A stretch of 64,000 nt of DNA, taken from contig JAEUOX010000172.1 in assembly GCA_016790475.1 (NCBI GenBank), positions 30,557 to 94,556 of the forward strand, written 5' to 3'. The position numbers and the translations under genes are program-made. The notes below the pieces were generated by a model, which did not search any database, was not told where the DNA came from, and saw only the letters and a program-made list of their open reading frames with translations. Of the stretch, positions 20,757 through 32,796 are shown one piece after another (the stretch's first letter is position 1; the number at the start of each line of letters is the position of its first letter). This DNA comes from Rhodoferax sp. Its GTDB lineage: Bacteria > Pseudomonadota > Gammaproteobacteria > Burkholderiales > Burkholderiaceae_C.

Positions 20757-21598
20757 GCCGCATCACCGCTACGCTGGCAGCGCTGAAGGCGCAGCGCCGA
20801 ACCGCACTGATCCCCTATGTCACGGCCGGCTTCCCGTACCCGGACATCACGCCCGCGCTGATGCACGGCATGGTCGCGGCCGGCGCGGACATCATCGAGC
20901 TGGGTGTCCCGTTCTCCGACCCGAGCGCCGACGGCGCCGTGATCCAGCGGGCCGGCGACAAGGCCCTGGCTGCCGGCATCGGCCTGGTGCAGGTGCTGGA
21001 GATGGTGCGGCAGTTCCGCCTGCGGGACACCACCACGCCGGTCGTGCTGATGGGCTACGCCAACCCGATCGAACGCTATGACCAGCGGCATGCAGCGAGC
21101 GGCCCGGGCAGCGCGTTCGTGCAGGCGGCGGCCCAGGTGGGCGTGGATGGCCTGCTGGTCGTGGACTACCCGCCGGAGGAATGCACCGCGCTGGCGGCCG
21201 ACCTGCGCCGCCATGGCCTGGACCTGATCTTTCTGCTGGCGCCAACCAGTACCGAGCGGCGCATGCAGCAGGTGGCGCAGGTGGCATCCGGTTATGTCTA
21301 CTACGTGTCGCTGAAGGGTGTCACCGGGGCCGGCACGCTGGACACCGCCGCCGTGGAGTCGATGCTGCCGCGCATCCGCCAGCATGTGCACATCCCGGTC
21401 GGCGTCGGGTTCGGCATCCGCGATGCTGCGTCCGCCTGCGCGATCGCGCGCGTGGCCGACGCGGTAGTCATCGGCAGCCGGATCATCCAGTTGATCGACG
21501 AACAGCCGGCGGACCGCGTTGTCGCGGTCGCGTCGGAGTTCCTTGCTGGCATCCGCGGCGCTTTGGACAGACAATCCGCTGCGTCCACCCCTTCCTGA
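20753..21598 (+). CDS. trpA: Tryptophan synthase alpha chain
   Basis: From MSRITATL (ATGA overlap with trpB); [36 protein letters not shown]. Confidence 0.97.
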
Positions 21599-21610
21599 CC
21601 AGGAGAACCC

Positions 21611-22483
21611 ATGAGTTGGCTAGAGAAGCTGTTGCCCCCGAAGATCCAGCACACCGATCCAGCGGAACGCCGCACGGTGCCGGAAGGCCTGTGGATCAAA
21701 TGCCCCAGCTGTGAAACCGTCCTCTACAAGACCGACCTGGAGCAGAACCAGAATGTCTGCCCGAGCTGCAGCCACCACCACCGCATCAGCGCGCGCGCCC
21801 GGCTGAATGTTTTCCTGGACAACGAAGGCCGCTTCGAAGTCGCCCAGGAGGTCCTGCCGGTGGATGCGCTGAAGTTCAAGGACAGCCGCAAGTACCCCGA
21901 GCGCCTGAAGGAGGCGATGGACAACACCGGCGAGACCGATGCGCTGGTCGTCATGGGGGGTGCGATCCACAACATCAGCGTCGTCGTGGCCTGCTTTGAA
22001 TTCGACTTCATGGGCGGGAGCATGGGTTCGGTGGTGGGCGAGCGCTTCGTGCGCGGCGTCGAAACGGCGATCGAGCAGAAGGTGCCCTTCATCTGCTTCA
22101 CGGCCACCGGCGGCGCCCGGATGCAGGAAGGTCTGCTCAGCCTGATGCAGATGGCCAAGACCAATGCCGCGCTGACCCGGCTGGCCAAGAAGGGGCTGCC
22201 GTTCGTCAGCATCCTGACAGATCCGACCACCGGCGGTGTCAGCGCCAGCTTTGCGTTCATGGGCGACATCGTGATCGCCGAGCCGAAGGCGCTGATCTGC
22301 TTTGCCGGCCCGCGCGTGATCGAATCCACGCTGCGCGTGACGCTGCCGGCCGGCTTCCAGCGGGCCGAGTTCCTGCAGGAGAAGGGTGCTGTCGACTTCG
22401 TGTGTGACCGGCGCGAACTGCGCAAGGTCGTGGCCAATGCACTGGCCATGCTGCTGCGTCAGCCGGCCGACGCCGTGGTCTGA
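21611..22483 (+). CDS. accD: Acetyl-CoA carboxylase carboxyltransferase beta subunit
   Basis: Zinc finger WIKCPSC...[36 protein letters not shown]. Confidence 0.98.
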   Translation: MSWLEKLLPPKIQHTDPAERRTVPEGLWIKCPSCETVLYKTDLEQNQNVCPSCSHHHRISARARLNVFLDNEGRFEVAQEVLPVDALKFKDSRKYPERLKEAMDNTGETDALVVMGGAIHNISVVVACFEFDFMGGSMGSVVGERFVRGVETAIEQKVPFICFTATGGARMQEGLLSLMQMAKTNAALTRLAKKGLPFVSILTDPTTGGVSASFAFMGDIVIAEPKALICFAGPRVIESTLRVTLPAGFQRAEFLQEKGAVDFVCDRRELRKVVANALAMLLRQPADAVV

Positions 22484-22490
22484 AGCAGCG

Positions 22491-23051
22491 TCAGGACAGC
22501 AGGCTGCGCAGGGTCTGGTCCAGCACGATCCCGGCGATCTGGAGCAGCACCAGCAGGACCAGCGGCGACAGGTCGACGCCGCCCACCAGCGGGACGATGC
22601 GGCGGATCGGCGCGAGCCAGGGCGCGACCAGGCGGCCCAGCAGGTCCGCCAGCGGCGACTGGGTCTGCACCCAGGACAGCACCGCCACGACGATCACCAG
22701 CGCGCTGGCGCCTGAAATCGCCAGCTGGGCCAGCCCGAACGCCGCCGTCAACAGCAGCCAGCCCACCGGGCCGGGCGCGCCCGCGAGCACCCACAGGATG
22801 CCGGACTGCAGCAGTTGCAGCAGGAAGGCCCCCAGCAGGCTGGCGGTATCCCAGCGCCCCACCGCCGGGATGACGCGCCGCAGCGGCAGCACCAGCCAGT
22901 CGGTCAGAGCGAAGATGAAGGGTCCCAGCGGGTTTCCGTAGCGCGCTGAGAATCCGATGCGCTGGTGCTGCAGGTAGAGGCGCAGCATGCAGGCGCCGGA
23001 CACGAGGCCGATGATGACCTGCAGCAGCAGCGTGATGATTTGGTGGAGCAT
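22491..23051 (-). CDS. yggT: YggT-family membrane protein
   Basis: From MLHQIITLLL; two YGGT repeats (NPLGPFIFALTDWLVLPLRRVIP...WDTAS and PWLAPIRRIVPLVGGVDLSP). Confidence 0.9.
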   Translation of the reverse strand: MLHQIITLLLQVIIGLVSGACMLRLYLQHQRIGFSARYGNPLGPFIFALTDWLVLPLRRVIPAVGRWDTASLLGAFLLQLLQSGILWVLAGAPGPVGWLLLTAAFGLAQLAISGASALVIVVAVLSWVQTQSPLADLLGRLVAPWLAPIRRIVPLVGGVDLSPLVLLVLLQIAGIVLDQTLRSLLS

Positions 23052-23136
23052 GGTGTCGTGAGGGTGGCGCCACTGGCGATAATAGTGGGTTGCGGCCCGT
23101 ACGGGCCATTGTCCGGCCCCCGAATCCCCACGCCTC

Positions 23137-24675
23137 ATGTCCGACCATCCCGTGCCCGCCCCCGCCACCGATGACAACCAGCTGATTGCGGAGCGGCGCG
23201 AAAAGCTCAAGGCCTTGCGCGCACGCCAGGCGGCCGGCGAAGGCGTGGCCTTTCCGAACGACTTCAAGCCGACGCACCATGCGCAGGATCTGCTGCAGCA
23301 GCATGAGAGCCAGACCGCGGAGGAGCTCGCCGCTGCACACCTCGCAGTCAGCGTGGCCGGGCGCATGATGCTCAAGCGGGTGATGGGCAAGGCCAGTTTC
23401 GCGTCCTTGCAGGACAGCAGCGGACGCATCCAGATCTACATCAAGGGCGAGGACGTCGGTGCCGCGGCCTACGAGGGCTTCAAGCACTGGGACCTTGGCG
23501 ACATCTTCGGCGTCGAGGGCGTGATGTTCCGGACACGCACCGGGGAACTGTCGATCCATGCGACCCGGATCCGCCTGCTGACGAAGAGCCTGCGCCCGAT
23601 GCCCGACAAGTTCCACGGTGTGCATGACCAGGAACTGAAGTACCGGCAGCGCTACGTCGACCTGATGACCGATGAGGCTTCGCGCAAGCGTTTCGTTGCG
23701 CGCAGCCGGGCCGTCAGCGGCATCCGCGAGTTCATGGTGGCCCATGGCTTCCTGGAGGTCGAGACCCCGATGCTGCACCCGATCCCGGGCGGTGCGAACG
23801 CCAAGCCTTTCATCACGCACCACAACGCGCTGGACCAGCAGATGTACCTGCGCATCGCGCCGGAGCTGTACCTGAAGCGCCTGATCGTCGGCGGCTTCGA
23901 CCGCGTCTTCGAGATCAACCGCAACTTCCGCAACGAGGGCATCTCGGTCCGGCACAACCCCGAGTTCACGATGATGGAGTTCTACGCGGCCTACTGGAAC
24001 TACCAGGATCTGATGAGCTTCACCGAGGCGCTGGTCCGGGACGCCGCAACCAAGGCCGTCGGCAGCCTGCAGCTGACCTACGACGGCCGCCCGGTCGACC
24101 TCGCACCGCGCTTCGAGCGCCTGACGATCCTGCAGGCCATCGCGAAGTACACCGACGCAGGTGACCGCGTGCAGGACCGCGACTGGCTGATCGAGGCCCT
24201 GCGCAAGCTCGGCAAGACCGAAGAGCGGCACAAGCTGGCCTCCCGCTCGCTGGCGGGCCTGCAGGTGCTGTACTTCGAGGAGACGGTGGAGGAGAAGCTC
24301 TGGCAGCCGACCTTCATCTGCGAGCATCCGGTCGAGATCTCCCCGCTGGCCCGTGCCAGCGACAGCCATCCGGAAGTGACAGAGCGCTTCGAGCTCTACA
24401 TCACCGGCCGGGAGTTCGGCAACGGCTTCAGTGAGCTCAACGACGCGGAAGACCAGGCCGCGCGCTTCCATGCCCAGGTGGAGGCCAAGGACAGTGGCGA
24501 CGACGAGGCGATGTTCTTCGACCACGACTTCCTGCGGGCGCTGGAATACGGCATGCCCCCGACCGGCGGCTGCGGCATCGGCATCGACCGGCTGATGATG
24601 CTGCTGACGGACAGCCCCAGCATCCGCGACGTGATCCTGTTCCCCGCGCTGCGGCGCGAGCACGCGATCACCTGA
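23137..24675 (+). CDS. lysS: Lysine--tRNA ligase (class II)
   Basis: [68 protein letters not shown]. Confidence 0.98.
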   Translation: MSDHPVPAPATDDNQLIAERREKLKALRARQAAGEGVAFPNDFKPTHHAQDLLQQHESQTAEELAAAHLAVSVAGRMMLKRVMGKASFASLQDSSGRIQIYIKGEDVGAAAYEGFKHWDLGDIFGVEGVMFRTRTGELSIHATRIRLLTKSLRPMPDKFHGVHDQELKYRQRYVDLMTDEASRKRFVARSRAVSGIREFMVAHGFLEVETPMLHPIPGGANAKPFITHHNALDQQMYLRIAPELYLKRLIVGGFDRVFEINRNFRNEGISVRHNPEFTMMEFYAAYWNYQDLMSFTEALVRDAATKAVGSLQLTYDGRPVDLAPRFERLTILQAIAKYTDAGDRVQDRDWLIEALRKLGKTEERHKLASRSLAGLQVLYFEETVEEKLWQPTFICEHPVEISPLARASDSHPEVTERFELYITGREFGNGFSELNDAEDQAARFHAQVEAKDSGDDEAMFFDHDFLRALEYGMPPTGGCGIGIDRLMMLLTDSPSIRDVILFPALRREHAIT

Positions 24676-24693
24676 GCATCCCCGGGGCGGGGT

Positions 24694-25797
24694 TCAGGGA
24701 ATCCTGTCCAGCGCCTGCATGTACTGGGGCAGCACCATCAGGTCATCCCAGGTCCAGGGGGGCGTACGGGGCAGCAGGTCGAGGCGCCGGATTCCGCTGG
24801 CTGGCTCCGGCTTCCAGGTGCCCTCGCGGGCGGCCCGGTCCAGACCATCGATCAGGCCGTCGACGGCGGCGCCACCCTCCAGGCTCTGGTTGCACAACAG
24901 CACCATGTCGCAGCCGGCCTGCAGTGCGGCGATCGCCGCCTCGGTGTAGGTGACGGAACGCCCGTCGATCAGGCGGGCCCCTGCCATGCTGAGGTCATCG
25001 CTGAAGATCGCGCCCTGGAACCCGAGGCGCCCGCGCAGGATGTCCTGCAGCCAGCGCCGCGAGAAGCCCGCCGGGCGCGCGTCCACCGCCGGATAGACCA
25101 CATGCGCCGGCATGACACTGGCGAGCGTGCTGCCGAGCCAGTCGTAGGGCACTGCGTCGCGGGCCAGGATCGCGCGCAGGCTGCGCCGGTCCCGCGGAAT
25201 GTCGGTATGCGAGTCCGCTTTCACGAATCCATGGCCGGGGAAATGCTTGCCGCAGTTCGCCATTCCGCTCTGCAGCAGACCGTGCACCAGGCTGCGGGCC
25301 AGCACACCGACGACCGCCGGATCCGCCGCAAGCGCCCGGTCGCCGATGACGCCGCTGGTGCCGTAGTCCAGATCCAGCACGGGCGCGAAACTGAGGTCGA
25401 CGCCACAGGCCCGCAGTTCGGCGCCCAGCACGAAGCCGCAGGCGGTGGCCGCGTTGCAGGCCTGCATCGCACTGCGCTGCGGATCGCCGGGCACCGCGTT
25501 AAACCACCATTCGCCCAGGCGGGCCATGGGCGGCAGGTGCGTGAAGCCGTCCGTGCGGAAGCGCTGCACGCGTCCGCCTTCGTGGTCCACCAGGATCAGC
25601 AGATCCCGGCGCAAGGACTTGATGTCAGCGCACAGTGACGACAGTTGCTCGCGGTCCTGCCAGTTGCGGCCGAAAAGTATCAGCCCACCGACCAACGGGT
25701 GCCGCAGCCGGTCCCTGTCCACGGCGCTGAGGGTGGTGCCGGCCAGGTCGATGATCAGCGGGGAGACGGGCGGGTCGGAGGCGTCGGGCAGGGGCAT
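24694..25797 (-). CDS. nagZ: Beta-N-acetylhexosaminidase (GH3)
   Basis: VDHEGGRVQRF, FAPVLD, KHFPGHG..ADSH, FSDDLSM. Confidence 0.96.
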   Translation of the reverse strand: MPLPDASDPPVSPLIIDLAGTTLSAVDRDRLRHPLVGGLILFGRNWQDREQLSSLCADIKSLRRDLLILVDHEGGRVQRFRTDGFTHLPPMARLGEWWFNAVPGDPQRSAMQACNAATACGFVLGAELRACGVDLSFAPVLDLDYGTSGVIGDRALAADPAVVGVLARSLVHGLLQSGMANCGKHFPGHGFVKADSHTDIPRDRRSLRAILARDAVPYDWLGSTLASVMPAHVVYPAVDARPAGFSRRWLQDILRGRLGFQGAIFSDDLSMAGARLIDGRSVTYTEAAIAALQAGCDMVLLCNQSLEGGAAVDGLIDGLDRAAREGTWKPEPASGIRRLDLLPRTPPWTWDDLMVLPQYMQALDRIP

Positions 25798-25827
25798 GGT
25801 GCAACCGGGGAACAGGAAGGAAAGGGG

Positions 25828-26238
25828 TCAGTCGCGGGTCTCAACGACGCAGAAGCTCGCGGCGTAGTCGGACTCGTCGGTCACGCTGATGTGGGCCTGC
25901 AGGCGCTGGCCGTCGAACCAGTCCCGCAGACCGCCATGCAGCACGATCTTCGGCTTGCCGGCCTGCGGACCACCAAAGGGCAGGTTGTCGATCTCGCACA
26001 GGCGCCAGGTCATCGGCATGCGCATGCCCATGCCGATCGCCTTGCTGAAGGATTCCTTGGCACTGAAGCGGGTGGCCAGGTAGCGCACACCCCGCTCCGG
26101 CCAGCGGGCACTGCGTGACTTCCACACGGCCATCTCTCCGTCGCTCAGCACCTTCAGCGCAAAGCGCTCGCCGTGGCGCTCCAGGCTGGCACGGATGCGC
26201 CGGATGTCGCAGATGTCGGTGCCGACGCCGTAGATCAT
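25828..26238 (-). CDS. acpS: Holo-[acyl-carrier-protein] synthase
   Basis: [33 protein letters not shown]. Confidence 0.96.
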   Translation of the reverse strand: MIYGVGTDICDIRRIRASLERHGERFALKVLSDGEMAVWKSRSARWPERGVRYLATRFSAKESFSKAIGMGMRMPMTWRLCEIDNLPFGGPQAGKPKIVLHGGLRDWFDGQRLQAHISVTDESDYAASFCVVETRD

Positions 26239-26996
26239 CGCCCGCCCGGCTGCCGGTAGGCCTGATCGATGCAGTGCAGGTAGTCGGCGATGGTGGCGGC
26301 GTAGCCCAGCTCCAGCGCATCGGAAATCAGCGCGTGGCCGATCGACACCTCGCTCACTTCCGGCACGGACTGCAGGAACCAGGTCAGGTTGGCCCGGCTG
26401 AGGTCGTGGCCCGCATTGACCCCGAGGCCGGCATCCAGCGCGGCGCGGGCGGCCAGCGCATAGCGCCGGGTCTGGAATTCCAGCTCCGGCGTGCCCCAGG
26501 CCTTGGCATAGGGCTCGGTGTAGAGCTCCACACGGTCGGCCCCCACCGCGCGCGCCAGGGCCATGGCCTCGGGCTCCGGATCCATGAACAGGCTGACCCG
26601 CACACCCAGCGCGTGCGCCTCGTCGATCAGCGGACGCAGGCGCGCAGCATCCTGGTGCAGGTTCCAGCCATGGTCGCTGGTGAACTGCCCTTCCCCATCC
26701 GGCACCAGCGTGCATTGATCGGGCCGCAACGCGCGCACGAAGCCCATCAGGTTCTGGAACGGATTGCCCTCGATGTTGTATTCGCGGCCGGGCCAGGCGG
26801 TGAGCAGTTCGGACAGGACATGGACGTCGTCCGTGCGGATGTGGCGCTGGTCCGGCCGGGGATGCACCGTGATGCCTGCCGCACCGGCCTTCAGACAGAG
26901 ATCCGCTGCGCGGGTCAGCGAGGGAATCCCGAGGTGGCGCGTATTGCGCACCAGTGCAACCTTGTTCAGGTTGACGGACAGGGCGGTCTTGTTCAT
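26235..26996 (-). CDS. pdxJ: Pyridoxine 5'-phosphate synthase
   Basis: [55 protein letters not shown]. Confidence 0.97.
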   Translation of the reverse strand: MNKTALSVNLNKVALVRNTRHLGIPSLTRAADLCLKAGAAGITVHPRPDQRHIRTDDVHVLSELLTAWPGREYNIEGNPFQNLMGFVRALRPDQCTLVPDGEGQFTSDHGWNLHQDAARLRPLIDEAHALGVRVSLFMDPEPEAMALARAVGADRVELYTEPYAKAWGTPELEFQTRRYALAARAALDAGLGVNAGHDLSRANLTWFLQSVPEVSEVSIGHALISDALELGYAATIADYLHCIDQAYRQPGGR

Positions 26997-27742
26997 AGCG
27001 ACTGGAGCTCCACCATCATTTGCCGGGTACGCAGCATGCGCACCCCGCAATGGTAATTGAGCAGCGCGCGCAGCTGGCCCTTGAGTTCGTTCGCCACCGG
27101 GGCGCAGGCTTCGAGCATCGGAGCCAGGCCGCCGGCATCGTCCAGCGCCTGCTGCAAGGCCTGCCATTGGTGGCCACCCAGGCTGTTGCGGTCTTCCGCG
27201 CCGGCCAGCCGAAGGCCTCCCTCCGTCACCAGCACATACCGAGCCCCGGGCTCCAGCGGCTCCAGCGTCATCGTCTGTGCGTCCAGCAGCGGCAGGTGCC
27301 CGGTCTCGCGCAGCAGCAGCAGCTCGAACGCGCGCAGCACCACCTGCAAGGCATCGGCATGCTGGCCGGCAACGAGTTCCACGACCTGCGCGTAGATGTC
27401 GAACAGGCCGGGATGCGGGTCATCGCGGGCCAGCAGCGACAGCACCAGTTCATTCAGGTAGTAGCCCGACAGCAGCGCATCGCCGCCAGGCATCACATGG
27501 CCGCCCATCCACTCCGCACTGCGCAGGGTCCGGATCTCGGCGTCGCCGCCGAAGGCCAGGTGCAGGGGCTGCAGCGGCAGCAGGATCGGGCGCAGATTGG
27601 AACTGGGCCGCTTCGCGCCCTTGGCGACCAGCGCCATGCGCCCATGGTTGCGCGTAAAGACCTCCAGGATCAGGCTGGACTCGCTCCAGTCATGGCGGTG
27701 CAGCACGTAGGCGGGCTCATCCGCGAAACGTCTGGCGGCCAT
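26993..27742 (-). CDS. recO: DNA repair protein RecO
   Basis: [43 protein letters not shown]; rnc-era-recO-pdxJ-acpS synteny. Confidence 0.95.
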   Translation of the reverse strand: MAARRFADEPAYVLHRHDWSESSLILEVFTRNHGRMALVAKGAKRPSSNLRPILLPLQPLHLAFGGDAEIRTLRSAEWMGGHVMPGGDALLSGYYLNELVLSLLARDDPHPGLFDIYAQVVELVAGQHADALQVVLRAFELLLLRETGHLPLLDAQTMTLEPLEPGARYVLVTEGGLRLAGAEDRNSLGGHQWQALQQALDDAGGLAPMLEACAPVANELKGQLRALLNYHCGVRMLRTRQMMVELQSL

Positions 27743-27757
27743 CGGTGCGCCTGCTCC

Positions 27758-28696
27758 TCAGTCGTAACCGAAGCTGCGCACGCGCGCCTCGTCATCGGCC
27801 CAACCCGAGCGCACCTTGACCCACAGCTCGATGAACACCTTGGCGTCCAGCAGGGATTCCAGCTCCACCCGGGTCTCCGTGCCGATGCGCTTGATGCGCT
27901 CGCCCTTGTCGCCGATGACCATCGCCTTGTGGCTGTCACGCTCGACGACGATCGTCGCGGCGACCCGCACCAGGCGCTTGTGGCCCTTGCGCGCCGGGGG
28001 CTCCTCCTCGAACTTGTCGATCACGACGGTGGAGGTGTAGGGCAGCTCGTCGCCGGTCAGCCGGAACAGCTTCTCCCGCACCAGCTCGCTGGCGAGAAAG
28101 CGCTCGTTGCGGTCGGTCAGTTCGTCGGCGTCGTGGAACCAGTCCTGCTGCGGCAGGTAGGGTTCGCAGATCGTCAACAGGCGGTTGATGTCGCGCGGGT
28201 TTTTCGCCGACATCGGAACGAACTCGGCGAACGCATGCCGGCGCTGCATGTCCTGCAGCCAGGGCGCCAGATCGGCGCGCTGCGCCACCTGGTCGAGCTT
28301 GTTGGCGACCAGCAGCGTCGGCACGCCCTTGCCGAGCAGATCCAGGACCGTCGCGTCCGCCTGGTTGAACACCCCGGCTTCGACGACGAACAGCACCAGG
28401 TCCACGTCGCCGACGGCACCCCGTACCGAGCGGTTCAGCGAGCGGTTCAGTGCATTGGTATGGCGGGTCTGGAAACCGGGCGTGTCGACAAAGACGAACT
28501 GGGTCGTGCCCTCGGTCCGTATGCCGGTGATCCGATGGCGGGTCGTCTGCGCCTTGCGGGACGTGATGCTGATCTTCTGGCCCACCAGCGCATTGAGCAG
28601 CGTGGACTTGCCGACATTGGGCTTGCCGACGATGGCGATCATGCCGCAACGGGTGGGACCGCTGGCCACCGTGTCCGTCGTCACCGGTTCACTCAT
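27758..28696 (-). CDS. era: GTPase Era
   Basis: [22 protein letters not shown]; KH domain [10 protein letters not shown]. Confidence 0.98.
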   Translation of the reverse strand: MSEPVTTDTVASGPTRCGMIAIVGKPNVGKSTLLNALVGQKISITSRKAQTTRHRITGIRTEGTTQFVFVDTPGFQTRHTNALNRSLNRSVRGAVGDVDLVLFVVEAGVFNQADATVLDLLGKGVPTLLVANKLDQVAQRADLAPWLQDMQRRHAFAEFVPMSAKNPRDINRLLTICEPYLPQQDWFHDADELTDRNERFLASELVREKLFRLTGDELPYTSTVVIDKFEEEPPARKGHKRLVRVAATIVVERDSHKAMVIGDKGERIKRIGTETRVELESLLDAKVFIELWVKVRSGWADDEARVRSFGYD

Positions 28697-29379
28697 GGGT
28701 GCCCCCCTTTGCGCAAGGTCTGCAGCATGGCGGCGGCGGCACATTGCTCGCCGGCACGGCGCGAGCCGCCAATGCCACGTTCGGACAGATTGAGCTCCGC
28801 GATCTCGCACTCGACGTCAAACGACTGCTGGTGCGCCGCACCGATCGTCCCCACCACGCGGTACAGGGGCAGGCGCAGCTTGCGCGCCTGCAGCCACTCC
28901 TGGAGTTCCGTCTTGGGATCCTTGCCGATCGCGGACATCGTCGGGTTGATGTCGACCGCCTTGAACAACCGGCGCACCAGCGCCTGTGCGGCGATGTATC
29001 CGCCATCCAGGTACACCGCACCGATCAGCGCCTCCAGCGCATCGGCGAGGATCGAAGGGCGCTTCTTCCCGCCGGAACGCACCTCCCCGTCGCCAAGCCG
29101 CACGACCGCCGGCAAGCCAAGCTCCACGGCCAGCTGATGCAGCATGTCCTGCTTGACGAGGTTGGCGCGGATGCGCGAGAGATCCCCCTCCGGAAGATGC
29201 TGCAGCTTCTCGAACAGCAGATCCGCGACGGAGAGATTCAACACGGCATCGCCGAGAAACTCCAGACGCTCGTTGTGATCCGCGGAGAAGCTGCGATGGG
29301 TCAGTGCCCTGGTCAGCAAGGCCGGATCGGAGAATTCATGCTGCAGCCGGCGCTGCAGGGCCCACAGAGCTTCGCTCAC
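28693..29379 (-). CDS. rnc: Ribonuclease III
   Basis: [26 protein letters not shown], ds[14 protein letters not shown]. Confidence 0.98.
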   Translation of the reverse strand: MSEALWALQRRLQHEFSDPALLTRALTHRSFSADHNERLEFLGDAVLNLSVADLLFEKLQHLPEGDLSRIRANLVKQDMLHQLAVELGLPAVVRLGDGEVRSGGKKRPSILADALEALIGAVYLDGGYIAAQALVRRLFKAVDINPTMSAIGKDPKTELQEWLQARKLRLPLYRVVGTIGAAHQQSFDVECEIAELNLSERGIGGSRRAGEQCAAAAMLQTLRKGGHP

Positions 29380-29380
29380 G

Positions 29381-29734
29381 CTACTTGGATCGCCCTGAAT
29401 ACTTCAGCGTCAGGTAGGCGGGCCCGACCAGATGGATCTCGCGCTGGTAGGCAAAGATCACGACCGTCCGGTCGTTCTCCTTGGTGACCTCCAGATCGGC
29501 CCCCTTGATGGACGTGATGTTGTCGATGGTCGCCGCCTTGTCGAACAGCGTGCGGACTTCCGGCACGGTCGTTCCTTCGGCCGCCTTGTTTGCGGCCCGG
29601 CCGACGGCCTGGAACTCCACGAAGGTCGGCGCTACCTGGGCCGCGACGACGCCCGTCACCGCGAGCACGGCGCCCACAAAAAGCAGGCCGATGAAGGAAA
29701 TGCCCCGCTGCCTGGATTTCAAGTTGCTTGCCAT
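29381..29734 (-). CDS. DUF4845-family membrane-anchored protein
   Basis: RQRGISFIGLL pilin-like N-terminus; usual position between lepB and rnc. Confidence 0.85.
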   Translation of the reverse strand: MASNLKSRQRGISFIGLLFVGAVLAVTGVVAAQVAPTFVEFQAVGRAANKAAEGTTVPEVRTLFDKAATIDNITSIKGADLEVTKENDRTVVIFAYQREIHLVGPAYLTLKYSGRSK

Positions 29735-29762
29735 CACACTCCCCTTGCCGACGGACGCGGCC

Positions 29763-30728
29763 TCAGTTGAAGGAACCAATCCGCTTCAGATTGCCGAAGT
29801 TCATCCACACGAACACTGCCCGGCCGACGATGTTGGCATCCGGCACAAAGCCCCAGTAACGGGAGTCCTGGGAGTTGTCCCGGTTGTCGCCCATCATGAA
29901 ATAGTGGCCGGCCGGCACCTTGCAGACGACGCCCTCGACACTGTATCGGCAATTCTCGTGGTAGGGAAACTGGATGGCACCCATGACATAGGCAGGTCGG
30001 TCGTCGTCATTGAGCAGCCGGTGCGGCTGGCTCCCGAGCTTCTCCTCGAACTGCCGCATATAGCGCATGCTCTCCTCGTCGAAGAACTCCGGCACAGCCT
30101 GCGTCTCGATCGCCTTGCCGTTGACGGTCAGGCGCTTGTTCAGGTAGGCGACCTCGTCGCCCGGCACACCGACCACCCGCTTGATGTAGTCCAGGCTGGG
30201 CTGCGGCGGATATCGGAACACCATCACGTCACCGCGCTGCACCGGCGTGCCCTCCGTCAGCTTGGTGTTCAGCACCGGCAGCCGGAGGCCATAGTGGAAC
30301 TTGTTCACCAGGATCAGGTCGCCCACGAGCAGTGTCGGGATCATCGACCCGGAAGGGATCTTGAACGGCTCGAACAGGAAGGAGCGCAGCAGGAACACCG
30401 CGGCGATGACCGGAAACAGGCCGGCCGTCCAGTCGAGCCACCAGGGCTGCATCAGGAGTTGTTGGCGGGCGCCGGCGGTGTCGTCCTCGTCCTGGCGCAG
30501 CCCCATCTTGGCGAGTTCGGCACGGCGCTCGGCCGCGCGCGCTGCCAGGGCATCCGCCGACTGGCGGCGCTTGGGCAGGAAGTAGAAGCGTTCCGCCAGC
30601 CAGTACAGACCGGTGACGACGGTGGCCATGAACAGCAGCAGCGCGAAGTTGCCCTCGATGCGGCCGAGGTACCAGCCACCGGCGTAGGCCGCGAATGCGG
30701 CCAGGATCAGGGAGGTCAGGATCTGCAT
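29763..30728 (-). CDS. lepB: Signal peptidase I
   Basis: EPFKIPSGSMIPTL, DYIKRVVGVPGD, MMGDNRDNSQDSRYWG; TGATG overlap with lepA. Confidence 0.97.
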   Translation of the reverse strand: MQILTSLILAAFAAYAGGWYLGRIEGNFALLLFMATVVTGLYWLAERFYFLPKRRQSADALAARAAERRAELAKMGLRQDEDDTAGARQQLLMQPWWLDWTAGLFPVIAAVFLLRSFLFEPFKIPSGSMIPTLLVGDLILVNKFHYGLRLPVLNTKLTEGTPVQRGDVMVFRYPPQPSLDYIKRVVGVPGDEVAYLNKRLTVNGKAIETQAVPEFFDEESMRYMRQFEEKLGSQPHRLLNDDDRPAYVMGAIQFPYHENCRYSVEGVVCKVPAGHYFMMGDNRDNSQDSRYWGFVPDANIVGRAVFVWMNFGNLKRIGSFN

Positions 30729-32539
30729 CACTCGTCCACCTGCAAAATGGCCAGAAAGGCCTCCTGAGGCACCTCGACCGATCCGATCTGTTTCATGCGC
30801 TTCTTGCCCGCTTTCTGCTTCTCGAGAAGCTTCTTCTTGCGCGTGATGTCGCCGCCATAACACTTGGCCAGCACGTTCTTGCGAAGCGCCTTGATTGTCT
30901 CACGCGCGATGATGTTGGCCCCGATGGCAGCCTGGATCGCGACGTCGTACATCTGGCGGGCAATGATCTCGCGCATCTTGGACACGACCGCGCGGGCCCG
31001 GTACTGCGACTGCGAGCGGTGAACGATGATCGACAGGGCATCGACCTTGTCGCCATTGAGCAGGATGTCGACCTTCACGACGTCCGACGCCCGGTACTCC
31101 TTGAACTCGTAGTCCATCGACGCATAGCCCCGGCTCACCGACTTGAGCTTGTCGAAGAAGTCCAGCACGATCTCGCCGAGCGGCATGTCGTAGGTCAGCA
31201 TGACCTGCCGACCGTGGTAGGCCATGTTGATCTGCACACCCCGCTTCTGGTTGGCCAGCGTCATCACCGAGCCGACATATTCCTGCGGCATGTACAGGCG
31301 CACCGTGACGATCGGCTCGCGGATCTCGGCGGTGCGGCTCTGGTCCGGCATCTTGGACGGGTTCTCGACCATCAGCACCTCGCCGTCCGCCTTGACCACC
31401 TGGTAGACCACGCTGGGCGCCGTGGTGATGAGGTCCTGGTCGAACTCACGTTCCAGGCGCTCCTGCACGATCTCCATGTGCAGCAAGCCGAGGAAGCCGC
31501 AACGGAAACCGAATCCCAGCGCCTGCGACACCTCCGGCTCGTAGTGCAGCGAGGAGTCATTGAGCTTGAGTTTCTCCAGGCTGTCGCGCAGGCCCTCGTA
31601 CTGGTTGGCCTCCGTCGGGTAAAGGCCGGCGAACACCTGCGGCTGGATCTCCTTGAAGCCGGGCAGCGGCTCGGTGGCGGTGAACGCTGCACCACCGGTC
31701 CCTGGCCGCACCAGCGTCACGGTATCACCGACACGGGCGGCCTGCAGTTCCCGGATGCCGGCGATGATGTAGCCCACCTCGCCGGCTTCCAGCGCCTCGC
31801 GCGGCTGGTTGGCCGGCGTGAACACGCCCAGACCATCGGCGTTGTACATGGCACCGGTGGCCATCAGCTTGATGCGCTCGCCCTTGGCGAGCCGCCCGTC
31901 CACGACCCGCACCAGCATGACGACGCCGACATAGTTGTCGAACCAGCTGTCGATGATCATCGCGCGCAGCGCGCCGGAGGATTTGCCGCGGGGCGGCGGT
32001 ATGCGCGCCACGATGGCTTCCAGGATCTCGTCGATGCCCATGCCGGTCTTGGCCGAGCAGGCGATCGCGTCGGTCGCATCGATTCCGATTACATCCTCCA
32101 CCTCGCGCCGCGCGTTGTCCGGATCCGCGTTGGGAAGGTCCATCTTGTTGAGCACCGGCAGCACCTCGACACCGAGATCCAGCGCGGTGTAGCAGTTGGC
32201 CACGGTCTGCGCCTCCACGCCCTGGCTCGCATCCACCACCAGCAGCGCGCCCTCGCAGGCCGACAGCGAGCGGCTCACCTCGTAGGAGAAGTCCACATGG
32301 CCGGGCGTATCGATCAGGTTGAGGTTGTAGACCTTGCCATCGCGCGCCTTGTAATGCAGTGCTGCGGTCTGCGCCTTGATGGTTATCCCACGTTCCTTCT
32401 CGATGTCCATCGAGTCGAGCACCTGGGCTTCCATCTCGCGGGCTTCGAGTCCACCGCAGCGCTGGATCAGTCGATCTGCAAGCGTTGACTTACCATGGTC
32501 GATGTGCGCAATGATTGAAAAATTTCTGATGTGATCCAT
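30728..32539 (-). CDS. lepA: Translation elongation factor 4
   Basis: [49 protein letters not shown]. Confidence 0.98.
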   Translation of the reverse strand: MDHIRNFSIIAHIDHGKSTLADRLIQRCGGLEAREMEAQVLDSMDIEKERGITIKAQTAALHYKARDGKVYNLNLIDTPGHVDFSYEVSRSLSACEGALLVVDASQGVEAQTVANCYTALDLGVEVLPVLNKMDLPNADPDNARREVEDVIGIDATDAIACSAKTGMGIDEILEAIVARIPPPRGKSSGALRAMIIDSWFDNYVGVVMLVRVVDGRLAKGERIKLMATGAMYNADGLGVFTPANQPREALEAGEVGYIIAGIRELQAARVGDTVTLVRPGTGGAAFTATEPLPGFKEIQPQVFAGLYPTEANQYEGLRDSLEKLKLNDSSLHYEPEVSQALGFGFRCGFLGLLHMEIVQERLEREFDQDLITTAPSVVYQVVKADGEVLMVENPSKMPDQSRTAEIREPIVTVRLYMPQEYVGSVMTLANQKRGVQINMAYHGRQVMLTYDMPLGEIVLDFFDKLKSVSRGYASMDYEFKEYRASDVVKVDILLNGDKVDALSIIVHRSQSQYRARAVVSKMREIIARQMYDVAIQAAIGANIIARETIKALRKNVLAKCYGGDITRKKKLLEKQKAGKKRMKQIGSVEVPQEAFLAILQVDE

Positions 32540-32579
32540 CAACGAGAACGCTTAAGTAATTGAATTAAAAGGTACGCAC

Positions 32580-32615
32580 AAAGAAAAAAGGGCGCGTCTT
32601 GATCGGACGCGCCCT
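32580..32615 (-). terminator. Intrinsic terminator-like hairpin in the lepA leader
   Basis: 10-bp perfect stem AGGGCGCGTC/GACGCGCCCT (32589-32615); on the minus strand it is followed by TTTTTCTTT. Confidence 0.65.
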
Positions 32616-32729
32616 GAACCAACAATCATTGGCAACTGCGATAGTTGGGACTTCATTGTAGGCAAAAAGGCCTTCAAGGCCAGTCCCGACTCGCGAATTT
32701 CAAGGCGTTGCGGTCTAGCAACAAGAATT

Positions 32730-32796
32730 TTATTCACAGGTTATCAACAATTTTGGCGCCCGTCCTTGGGACAACATGTGGGCGAACTGTGGATGC
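32730..32796. promoter_or_regulatory. Cluster of DnaA-box-like 9-mers
   Basis: TTATTCACA (consensus TTWTNCACA) and TTATCAACA, then reverse-oriented TTGGGACAA, TGTGGGCGA, TGTGGATGC; 2-bp spacers within each group. Confidence 0.55.
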
